In this document: positions 1 through 6,602 of the stretch, piece after piece
How the letters are laid out: every line of letters starts with the position of its first letter
How positions within the stretch are numbered: position 1 is the stretch's first letter
Source: a virus
Lineage: Duplodnaviria; Caudoviricetes
Virus record (IMG/VR): IMGVR_UViG_3300027640_000014
Location: 1 to 32,606 of that record
Reading direction: 5' to 3' (one strand)
DNA length: 32,606 nucleotides
Position numbers and translations under genes: made by a program
The notes under the pieces: model-generated
The model's database searches: none
Told to the model about the DNA's origin: nothing
Seen by the model: only the letters and a program-made list of their open reading frames with translations

Positions 1-210
1 CCATTCCTCCTGAAACAACATGGTGAGTGGATTCATGCACCTCATTTTGATTCAACTTTGGAAGGATGCGCCTCCTGCTATCTAAAAACCAATGGCTCCA
101 TAGGGGATCACACGGACGGAATTAAAATGATACGTGTCGGTAAAAAGAAAGCTGGCCGCCTCCTGGATGGCCGGGAATGGTCGCAATTTCCGGTGATTGC
201 CCATGGTTAA
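1..210 (+). CDS. DUF5131 / phage Gp37-Gp68 family protein, C-terminal part (5'-truncated by window)
   Basis: Manual translation of frame 1 gives PFLLKQHGEW...RVGKKKAGRLLDGREWSQFP*. This matches the characteristic PFFFKQWGEW...KKAAGRLLDGRxWxEFP C-terminus of the family. Stop TAA at 208-210. Confidence 0.8.
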   Translation, partial: PFLLKQHGEWIHAPHFDSTLEGCASCYLKTNGSIGDHTDGIKMIRVGKKKAGRLLDGREWSQFPVIAHG

Positions 211-319
211 AATTCATTACTGCCCCCATTGTAGAAAACCACAGTTTAAGGGGGAAATTCAGGGCAAGTTAAAAATTCAATGTCGTAAGTGCAAGCAATG
301 GTTTGAAATAAGCACATAA
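203..319 (+). CDS. Com-like zinc-ribbon microprotein (38 aa)
   Basis: Not in the ORF track. MVKIHYCPHCRKPQFKGEIQGKLKIQCRKCKQWFEIST has CxxC...IxCxxC spacing like the Mu Com family. The start overlaps the end of the upstream gene. Confidence 0.6.
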   Translation: MVKIHYCPHCRKPQFKGEIQGKLKIQCRKCKQWFEIST

Positions 320-338
320 AATATTCAGGAGGTATCAT

Positions 339-539
339 ATGAGCGGTGGATCCGTCTGTAAATGTAGACCGCGAAACATTGAGGTGTTGGCACGCAAATG
401 CAACTATTCAGCTTTTAATGGATATAGGCACACCTATTCCGATTACTCTTTAGTAAGATGCCTAACTTGTGGCCGTACATGGCGCACAAAAGCCAGTTAT
501 GTGGACGATGCTCCTAATGCAGCAATTACACGAGGGTAG
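339..539 (+). CDS. small Cys-rich hypothetical protein (putative Zn-binding)
   Basis: AGGAGG RBS upstream; CKC and CLTC motifs. Confidence 0.65.
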   Translation: MSGGSVCKCRPRNIEVLARKCNYSAFNGYRHTYSDYSLVRCLTCGRTWRTKASYVDDAPNAAITRG

Positions 540-559
540 GGAAATTAATAGCACGGCGT

Positions 560-596
560 AAGGCCACCTAACTGAGAAATCAGAGGGTGGCCTTTT
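560..596 (+). terminator. intrinsic terminator-like hairpin
   Basis: AAGGCCACC/GGTGGCCTT outer stem, inner CTGA-GAAA-TCAG stem, followed by a short T run. Confidence 0.55.
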
Positions 597-619
597 GTAA
601 AAGGGTGAATTTCCAAAAG

Positions 620-640
620 TGATCGCCTGATCGCCTGATC
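620..640. repeat. 8-bp tandem repeat (TGATCGCC x2.6) containing three GATC sites
   Basis: tgatcgcc tgatcgcc tgatc directly upstream of the AAAGGAGG RBS of the HAD gene. Confidence 0.8.
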
Positions 641-656
641 CAGAAAGGAGGAAATA

Positions 657-1079
657 ATGTCCAAAATAGACTTGAGCAAAATTAAAATTGTAGCGGTTGA
701 CTTTGATGGAACCATAATAGAGAATGACTTCCCGCCGGGCAATCCCAGATGCGGAATGCTCAAACCATACGCCAGGGAGGTCATAAACGCCCTCCACATG
801 AAAGGGATTGCGATCATCATATGGACCTGCAGCGACGAACACCGCTGCAAAGAGATATCCCGGTTCCTCTGGAAACACCGGATTTATCATCTCGAAGTTC
901 CGCATTCCGGCGGCAAAGTTTACGCAGACCTTTATATCGACGATCGGGGTTATGGTAGCTACGGCAAGGGAATTGACTGGAAGGAGATCGCAAAAGACAT
1001 GGATATCCAGCTACCGGCCAAACCATACCAGGGAAAGAGTGGATTTAAAGAATATCGCCTAAAGCATCGGGGGGGGTGA
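657..1079 (+). CDS. HAD-superfamily hydrolase/phosphatase
   Basis: Motif I VAVDFDGT, motif II IIIWTC, motif III/IV KVYADLYIDDR; strong RBS. Confidence 0.85.
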   Translation: MSKIDLSKIKIVAVDFDGTIIENDFPPGNPRCGMLKPYAREVINALHMKGIAIIIWTCSDEHRCKEISRFLWKHRIYHLEVPHSGGKVYADLYIDDRGYGSYGKGIDWKEIAKDMDIQLPAKPYQGKSGFKEYRLKHRGG

Positions 1080-1178
1080 TGGATTTAAGAAAGAACTATC
1101 TGGAGTTTAAATTTAAAGGGAAGGTTGTTGGAATACAGCCACCATTCCCTGAAATGGAAAGTTGGAAAGGTTGAATGC

Positions 1179-1592
1179 ATGATGACAGTAGTGGCAATTA
1201 GACAGGGAGTTAAGGGTGAGGCTTTCCGCAGGTTAACCGGCGAGGAAAAGTCGCCGGCGGAAGCCCTGGTTTTTCTGTTTGAGGACTTGGACCTCACATG
1301 GTACTCGCATCAACTGGAACAGGCCATTCAGCTATATAATTCCGGTGCTGACATCGTGGAGATGACCGAGACTCTTGGGCGCACAAACCGGGACGGACAG
1401 TATGAAACCGTGATTTTGCTTCTGCACCTGTTGTATAAAGGCAAGATAAAGGACCGCTCCCAAGGTTTTCTCGGTGAATTTGCGAAAATTGGAGGTGCTT
1501 ATTATCCGAAGAATAGCGGTGGTAGTGGTTCTGGCAATAATAATGCACTGCCCATCGACAGAGCTGGTGACGGAAAAGGGGCCTGCGCCTGA
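1179..1592 (+). CDS. phage HTH-like hypothetical protein
   Basis: FEDLDLTW...IQLYNSGADIVEMTETLGR...ETVILLLHL...GKIKDR resembles a common Firmicute-phage HTH family. Start moved to ATG 1179. Confidence 0.55.
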   Translation: MMTVVAIRQGVKGEAFRRLTGEEKSPAEALVFLFEDLDLTWYSHQLEQAIQLYNSGADIVEMTETLGRTNRDGQYETVILLLHLLYKGKIKDRSQGFLGEFAKIGGAYYPKNSGGSGSGNNNALPIDRAGDGKGACA

Positions 1593-1908
1593 AAAAGTTG
1601 ACCAACCCAAAAGTCATGAAAACCTCCAGGTAATGTGGGCCACGGCCTATGCCTACACTGGCCAGATGACGGCTACAGGAACCTGGCCGAAAGTTGGGAC
1701 CATAGCAGTAGACCCGGAAGTGATCCAGCTGGGGTCCACCCTCTGGGTCGAAGGCTATGGTTACGGGAAAGCAGAGGACACTGGCAGTGCGATAGAAGGT
1801 ATGATTATTGATGTTTACTTAGGCAGCGAGGAACTTGCCTTGGAGTGGGGCCGTAAGAGGGTACTGGTGATAACCTTTCCGCCGGAGGTGCCTATGGATG
1901 GAACCTAA
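1474..1908 (+). CDS. 3D-domain (MltA-like, cell-wall-acting) protein with N-terminal membrane/signal segment
   Basis: ATAY...TATG...IAVDP.VI.LGS.LWVEGYG...AEDTGSAI.G..IDVY...A.EWGR, with all three Asp residues present; hydrophobic N-terminus. Confidence 0.9.
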   Translation: MNLRKLEVLIIRRIAVVVVLAIIMHCPSTELVTEKGPAPEKVDQPKSHENLQVMWATAYAYTGQMTATGTWPKVGTIAVDPEVIQLGSTLWVEGYGYGKAEDTGSAIEGMIIDVYLGSEELALEWGRKRVLVITFPPEVPMDGT

Positions 1909-2194
1909 AAACTGCCCCAAGTGTAAGAAACCCTGCCACAACATAGGATTTGCAGGTATGGAAAACTGCGGTAAGTGTACCCTGGGGGAAGAATCATGGA
2001 CCTGCCGGAATTGCTTAAAAAGGGAGTGCGAAAAGGAGGCCATAACGCATGAAAGAAGACAAGGACGCCGCTCTACGGAATCGGAAGAAGTTTCCGGGAA
2101 GATCCAAGGAAAAAACACTGAAAAACCATCAGGGACCGGAAAACGACATCGCGGCCATCCAGCAAAAAGAAGAAAACGGACTAAAACATCCTGA
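1898..2194 (+). CDS. Cys-rich hypothetical protein
   Basis: CPKC, CGKC and CRNC motifs; GGAGG RBS upstream. The 3' half overlaps the next ORF, so the end is uncertain. Confidence 0.45.
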   Translation: MEPKNCPKCKKPCHNIGFAGMENCGKCTLGEESWTCRNCLKRECEKEAITHERRQGRRSTESEEVSGKIQGKNTEKPSGTGKRHRGHPAKRRKRTKTS

Positions 2195-2552
2195 AGCCTT
2201 TAAAATAGTGACTTACGAATGTACAACCTGCGGCTTCCGGGAAAGCATTTGGAACTCCAGGGACGGCGCACCTATTTTTTTTGTCGATTGTCAAAAATGT
2301 GGCCGGGAGGGCCAGCGTATCAGGCGTGAAGAGGACCTTTTAGTTATCGACTACAAACCAAAGCGTGGGGAAAGGATTATTCAGGATATTACCCACGACA
2401 AAGCCCGAGACATTGCTAATCTAAAGGTGGATATGCTCCGAGGAACACCAGATGAGATTTTTGGCCCTGATAGAACGGCAACCATTGACCGCATAGCTGA
2501 TGAATTGGTTAAAAATAGAATCCCGGATTTGGTGGTGGTACAAAATGGCTGA
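2049..2552 (+). CDS. Zn-ribbon hypothetical protein
   Basis: YECTTCG...VDCQKCG; AAGGAGG RBS upstream. Confidence 0.6.
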   Translation: MKEDKDAALRNRKKFPGRSKEKTLKNHQGPENDIAAIQQKEENGLKHPEAFKIVTYECTTCGFRESIWNSRDGAPIFFVDCQKCGREGQRIRREEDLLVIDYKPKRGERIIQDITHDKARDIANLKVDMLRGTPDEIFGPDRTATIDRIADELVKNRIPDLVVVQNG

Positions 2553-2862
2553 AATGATATGTCCCAGCTGTTGCGGCGCCGGGAGGATTGAACATAAATG
2601 CCTCCCCGGGGATCCCCAGGTCATTAATGTTATTCACAGGACTGACCAGCCAGAACTTACAGAAAGCCTGACCATCAGGAAATGCAGGGTCTGTGGTCAG
2701 CTTTGGAAGGTCTTCTACCAGCGTTATCATGAGAACACAATTTTAATATGGCTTCGGCCCGGGGAAACCGCCACCGGAAGGTGTTATGCCAGTTGTGGGA
2801 GCCAGGTGGATTTTGAAATTTCTTTTACCGCAGATGAAGCCAGAATGGACAAAGTGAGTTGA
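2545..2862 (+). CDS. Cys-rich hypothetical protein
   Basis: CPSC and CRVC motifs; start overlaps the upstream stop. Confidence 0.55.
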   Translation: MAEMICPSCCGAGRIEHKCLPGDPQVINVIHRTDQPELTESLTIRKCRVCGQLWKVFYQRYHENTILIWLRPGETATGRCYASCGSQVDFEISFTADEARMDKVS

Positions 2863-2866
2863 AATT

Positions 2867-3196
2867 ATGGTTCCGGAAGAATATATCGCAGCGTGTAGGC
2901 ATTGCCCCAGATTGATTGAAATCTTAACGCTGCCCCTGGGCGTACAAGTGGTCTTATGCGGTGACAGCAATAGAGACCAAAAGTATTTCTGCATGAGAAG
3001 GGAGAGATGGAATTATGGCCTGGACCAGCCAGGCGGCCATCGGAGGGGCCTTCGAGCAGTTGATCAACATAATGACGGAAAGGTACCTCTCCCAAAAACG
3101 GGCCGTTATAAAGAAGGTCCCCACGGCCTGGGTGCCGATCCGGGGTGCCAATGGAAGAGTGGTAAGCGCAAAGGTGGAGGAACCATCCACCGTTGA
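2867..3196 (+). CDS. hypothetical protein (3' part overlaps RecU; uncertain)
   Basis: CRHC motif; fills the gap before RecU. Confidence 0.3.
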   Translation: MVPEEYIAACRHCPRLIEILTLPLGVQVVLCGDSNRDQKYFCMRRERWNYGLDQPGGHRRGLRAVDQHNDGKVPLPKTGRYKEGPHGLGADPGCQWKSGKRKGGGTIHR

Positions 3197-3524
3197 CTAT
3201 GTCGGAACCTACCGGGGCCGGCCGATTGCCTTTGAAGCTAAACACACCAAGGATAAAGGAATCCGCTGGGATCGGGTAGAGCCTCATCAGTCCAAGTTTC
3301 TGGACGACTGGGAAAGGATAGGGTCAGGAATCCCCTTTGTCCTGGTGGGCTTTTCAGTCGAGCGCCTATATGTGATTCCATGGCAGGATTGGAGGAATGG
3401 GTATTTTCAATATCTTCAACTCGGAGCAAGGGCAGTTTTATTGGAATCAGAGATCCCTGATGTATACAAAGTGCCAGGGGCGGACTTCCTGGTGACAATT
3501 GACAGGGTGTTTTTCCAAAGCTAA
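3015..3524 (+). CDS. recU: RecU-family Holliday junction resolvase
   Basis: KVPT, STVDYVGTYRGRPIAFEAKHT and HQ..FL..W...G..FVLV are RecU PD-(D/E)xK motifs. Confidence 0.88.
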   Translation: MAWTSQAAIGGAFEQLINIMTERYLSQKRAVIKKVPTAWVPIRGANGRVVSAKVEEPSTVDYVGTYRGRPIAFEAKHTKDKGIRWDRVEPHQSKFLDDWERIGSGIPFVLVGFSVERLYVIPWQDWRNGYFQYLQLGARAVLLESEIPDVYKVPGADFLVTIDRVFFQS

Positions 3525-3544
3525 AAACGAAGGGGGTTGATATA

Positions 3545-4015
3545 TTGGGTAAAGCGGCCTATGTCACCATAAAAGGCAGACATGCCTTCGTAGAGGCCCC
3601 TTTTAACGAGGATTTTGTCAACGAATTAAAAGTCCTGACGACAACCAGGGAGAAAGACATGGCCTGCAGCCTAGTAAAAAAACACTTCCCCGATATCAAC
3701 GCCTATCTTATAGAGGGCGGGGCCGCCAAGAACCTTCACACCTCCGATAAAGCTATGGCCGGATTATGTTTTAACCCGCAGAAAAGGGCACAAATAGCGT
3801 ACAATGTCAGACGTGAGTATTGGGAAGCTAAGATTAAAGCCTTTATGGTTGCTGTGTACCCAAGTGAGGAACGTAAGTTTGATAAGCCCCTGATAGATTA
3901 CAGCCCCGAACAACTTGAAACCCTATATAGACTTTTAGCCCAAGGCCTTGAGCCAAAACGATCTCTGGAGATACTTGATTATCCTATAGAGACTGATGAT
4001 ATACCGTGGGACTAA
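3545..4015 (+). CDS. hypothetical protein
   Basis: ORF with AAGGGGG RBS and TTG start, in operon context. Confidence 0.55.
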   Translation: MGKAAYVTIKGRHAFVEAPFNEDFVNELKVLTTTREKDMACSLVKKHFPDINAYLIEGGAAKNLHTSDKAMAGLCFNPQKRAQIAYNVRREYWEAKIKAFMVAVYPSEERKFDKPLIDYSPEQLETLYRLLAQGLEPKRSLEILDYPIETDDIPWD

Positions 4016-4506
4016 AAGAAAGAGTCACTGATCAGGTCCAACTGTTCACTTCCAGGGCGGACTGTTTGGCATGTAGAACATTCAAAGGGGCGGTAATCTT
4101 GAGCAGGGTAACGCCTGAGTTTGCCAAATGGCTGTTATGGAACGAAAAAAAGCTCCGTGCCAGCATTGTACCCGGGGCACCCGTATGCACTTTTATGGCC
4201 ATAGTTACCATGCATGACGGTGGCAGCCAGGTTGAGCGGGCGGCTATCAAGAGGGAGTCAATCCTGTCGGTGTTATCGGCCCTGGACCGAGCGTACAACG
4301 CTATGCACCCTGAGCATAAAAAGCTCTACAGGTATCGTTTCAGAGAGGGAATGTCTTATAACAAAATTGCGCGGAAGATGGATATAAGCCCGGATTCCAT
4401 CGGACGGCGCATTGCGGAAATGACTGACATTATTGCGGCTTTTCTGGAATTGGTACCGGACGCCGAATACCGCGAGTTTAGCCGGTTTGTGGATGCAAAC
4501 CTCTAA
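4006..4506 (+). CDS. sigma70 region-4 HTH regulator (ArpU/RinA-like late activator or antiterminator)
   Basis: C-terminal LYRYRFREGMSYNKIARKMDISPDSIGRR HTH; last gene before a promoter/terminator, upstream of the packaging module. Confidence 0.75.
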   Translation: MGLKERVTDQVQLFTSRADCLACRTFKGAVILSRVTPEFAKWLLWNEKKLRASIVPGAPVCTFMAIVTMHDGGSQVERAAIKRESILSVLSALDRAYNAMHPEHKKLYRYRFREGMSYNKIARKMDISPDSIGRRIAEMTDIIAAFLELVPDAEYREFSRFVDANL

Positions 4507-4514
4507 AGATGGTG

Positions 4515-4543
4515 TTGACATTTTGCGGATTAAATGATAAATT
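4515..4543 (+). promoter_or_regulatory. sigmaA-type promoter (candidate late promoter)
   Basis: TTGACA (4515-4520), 17-nt spacer, TAAATT (4538-4543), with extended -10 TG at 4535-4536. Confidence 0.7.
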
Positions 4544-4568
4544 TTGATATAAGTGAAAGTGTCACCTG

Positions 4569-4600
4569 AGCGCCCTGGAAAAGGAGGCGCTTTTTGTTTT
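4569..4600 (+). terminator. intrinsic terminator just downstream of the promoter, overlapping the next RBS
   Basis: AGCGCC/GGCGCT stem followed by TTTTGTTTT; AAGGAGG lies in the loop and 3' arm. Confidence 0.65.
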
Positions 4601-4952
4601 GTACTACAGAGGTAGACGCAAGACCAAAAAGCGGATTAAACAGCAGGTCGAGGCCAGGGAGGCAGATAAATTCATGGCTTTCCCGAAGCGCCGGAGGATT
4701 GAAGACCCGGAGCTTTTAAGGATGGTCAGCCAGGAGAAATGCTGCATAAACAACTGCCGGTGCCAGGCGGTACCGGCCCACATAAAAAGTGTAGGCAGTG
4801 GGGGAGATGATACGCCAGAAAACATCTCCCCTTTGTGTTTCCATCACCACACAGAACAGCACAGCATGGGCTGGCCCAGGTTCAGGGCTAGGTACCCGGA
4901 GGTGATCACCTATGCAGAATTCATACACCGTCAAGACAATGGTCTGCTATAA
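4599..4952 (+). CDS. HNH-like (DUF968-type) endonuclease
   Basis: CCINNC...AHIKSVGSGGDD..EN..PLC..HH.EQH..GW..F...Y. Confidence 0.75.
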   Translation: MYYRGRRKTKKRIKQQVEAREADKFMAFPKRRRIEDPELLRMVSQEKCCINNCRCQAVPAHIKSVGSGGDDTPENISPLCFHHHTEQHSMGWPRFRARYPEVITYAEFIHRQDNGLL

Positions 4953-5106
4953 TTGCGGCCGGCCGATAGATTGCTACGCGAAGGTAGACAATCAAAATCT
5001 TTGCCTGGACTGCGTTTGCGAATATTACGGCATCAAGGGGCCTGAATTTGCAGACCACGATAGTATATCGTGTGAAAATGGGGGTTTTAAGTATCTCAAT
5101 GGCTGA
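4939..5106 (+). CDS. Zn-finger microprotein
   Basis: CYNCG...LCLDC; coupled to neighbouring ORFs. Confidence 0.5.
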   Translation: MVCYNCGRPIDCYAKVDNQNLCLDCVCEYYGIKGPEFADHDSISCENGGFKYLNG

Positions 5107-5269
5107 GGAAGATGACAAGAAACAGGAAATTATAGATGTCCAACCTAAAAAGATTGGACCGGACCCTCTGACCATATGTCCCGTTAACCCACTGGATTTC
5201 AGGAGGGAAAACGGAGAATGGAAACTGGACCCGGGCTGGTGGAGGAAACCACGGGGGGTAAAAAAATGA
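5099..5269 (+). CDS. small hypothetical protein
   Basis: Start overlaps the upstream stop, and the stop overlaps the next start (ATGA). Confidence 0.45.
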   Translation: MAEEDDKKQEIIDVQPKKIGPDPLTICPVNPLDFRRENGEWKLDPGWWRKPRGVKK

Positions 5270-5448
5270 TCGAAGTCTGGGTTCAAGGTTTTGTGGCTGG
5301 GATGAGCTTTGGGGTTATTTTTGGACTGATAGCTTTATACCTGCACCTAAAAAACATAACCATGTCTGCCACCACCAGAGGATACAAAAACATCCTCGGT
5401 GAGTGGTACAAAATAGAAAAGTTTGGGGCGGGTCCAGACAACCGGTAA
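5266..5448 (+). CDS. small single-pass membrane protein
   Basis: Hydrophobic segment VWVQGFVAGMSFGVIFGLIALYL; GGGGGG RBS; ATGA overlap. Confidence 0.55.
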   Translation: MIEVWVQGFVAGMSFGVIFGLIALYLHLKNITMSATTRGYKNILGEWYKIEKFGAGPDNR

Positions 5449-5610
5449 CGGCCACAGCGGGAGATTGGGGCCTCTTGCTGTGGCCGAAAGTTACCGGCCA
5501 AAAGAAAGAGACAGGGAAAGCGGTTAGGGAGCCGCTTTCATATCCCGCTGGTCAGGCGAGAAAACCCTGTCACGTTGATTATAGCCTTGGAAGCCAGTAA
5601 AATCAAGCGA
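5442..5610. ncRNA. candidate structured intergenic RNA (long hairpin, three-way junction, further hairpin)
   Basis: Stems CCGGTAAC/GTTACCGG, GGCCACAGC/GCTGTGGCC, GACAGGG/CCCTGTC enclosing AAAGCGGTT/AGCCGCTTT, and TTGATT/AATCAA. No known family recognised. Confidence 0.35.
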
Positions 5611-5646
5611 TTCGGGTACCTTTTAGTGTACTTTAGGTAGTTAACA

Positions 5647-5655
5647 TGCTAAAAT
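5647..5655 (+). promoter_or_regulatory. extended -10 promoter upstream of radC-like gene
   Basis: TG-C-TAAAAT in an AT-rich intergenic stretch; -35 weak. Confidence 0.5.
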
Positions 5656-5725
5656 GATTATAGGGAACAAATCCACGGGACGCCTGGTCAGCGGCCCGAT
5701 ATCAACACTTTAGGGGGTGTGTTAA

Positions 5726-6178
5726 ATGTCCAAAGCGTACCTTATTAATTACAGGGTTAAGCTGGTAAAAGAGAGCGGCGGGATGTATGACATCGAAAAG
5801 AAAATCAACAACCAGAAAGCGGCGTATGAGGCTATCAAGGTCGTAACCGGTATCCAGGATGAGGCCCAGGAGGTGTTCGGCGTTATTACCCTGGACGCCA
5901 AGAATAAAATCACCTCGATACAGGAGATTGCCAGGGGAACCATCAATAGCTGCATCATACACCCACGGGAAATATTTAAGGCAGCCTGCTTACATAATGC
6001 GATTGGGGTAATCTTGTTTCACAACCACCCAAGCGGAAACCCTGATCCCAGCAGAGAGGATAAGGAGTTAACCAGGAGGGTTGTAGAAGCCGGGGGAATA
6101 ATGGGGATCGAGATCATTGATCATATTATTGTCGGGGACGGCTGCTTTGTCTCCATGAAGGAAAAAGGGGTGATCTGA
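5726..6178 (+). CDS. radC: stand-alone RadC-like JAB/MPN domain protein
   Basis: QEVF..I.LD.KN, HPREIFK.A, HNHPSG...PS.ED, DHIIVG. Confidence 0.92.
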   Translation: MSKAYLINYRVKLVKESGGMYDIEKKINNQKAAYEAIKVVTGIQDEAQEVFGVITLDAKNKITSIQEIARGTINSCIIHPREIFKAACLHNAIGVILFHNHPSGNPDPSREDKELTRRVVEAGGIMGIEIIDHIIVGDGCFVSMKEKGVI

Positions 6179-6555
6179 TGAAAACATCTTACTTTTCCTG
6201 CCCGGGGTTGGATATTTCCAGGGCGGTGGCCATCAGCCAGGGGGTCCCCAAATCATACAAGGGAAGGGTATATAAGGCCCTGGCCCCATCATGGGCGCTC
6301 ATCAAGATCAAAGACATGGAAGTATATACGCAGAGATATAAACTGGAAGTCCTTGCAAGGTTGGACCCGCGCAAGGTTTACGAAGACCTGGGGGAAGACG
6401 CCATCCTCCTCTGTTGGGAGAAACCCGGAGAACCATGCCACCGGCGCCTGGTGGCGGAATGGCTGGAAGAAAGTATTGGAATCAAGGTGCCTGAGTACAA
6501 TCACCCGGGTAAAAAGATAGAAAATCCGGCTTTTAGTCAACAGTCCTTGTTTTAA
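6178..6555 (+). CDS. DUF488-like protein
   Basis: TSYF...VAIS...P......LAPSW...Y..RY...VL...ILLCWEKPGEPCHRRLVAEWL; TGATG coupling to radC. Confidence 0.75.
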   Translation: MKTSYFSCPGLDISRAVAISQGVPKSYKGRVYKALAPSWALIKIKDMEVYTQRYKLEVLARLDPRKVYEDLGEDAILLCWEKPGEPCHRRLVAEWLEESIGIKVPEYNHPGKKIENPAFSQQSLF

Positions 6556-6563
6556 CCAAAAGC

Positions 6564-6590
6564 AACCGCCTAACCGGCGGTTTTTCATTT
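6564..6590 (+). terminator. intrinsic terminator after radC-DUF488
   Basis: AACCGCC-TAACC-GGCGGTT followed by TTTCATTT. Confidence 0.7.
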
Positions 6591-6602
6591 GGGGGACTTT
6601 TT

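Noticed and set aside
3545-3720. Possible internally deleted HARP-like domain (PFNEDFVNELK...)
   Set aside because: The resemblance is too faint to support without an alignment.
5510-5571. Hammerhead ribozyme in the three-way junction
   Set aside because: The minus strand has CTGACCA and GAAA but not the required CUGANGA core in the right junction positions.
5403-5600. 65-aa ORF across the structured region
   Set aside because: No clear RBS or protein-like features. The base-pairing pattern explains the region better.
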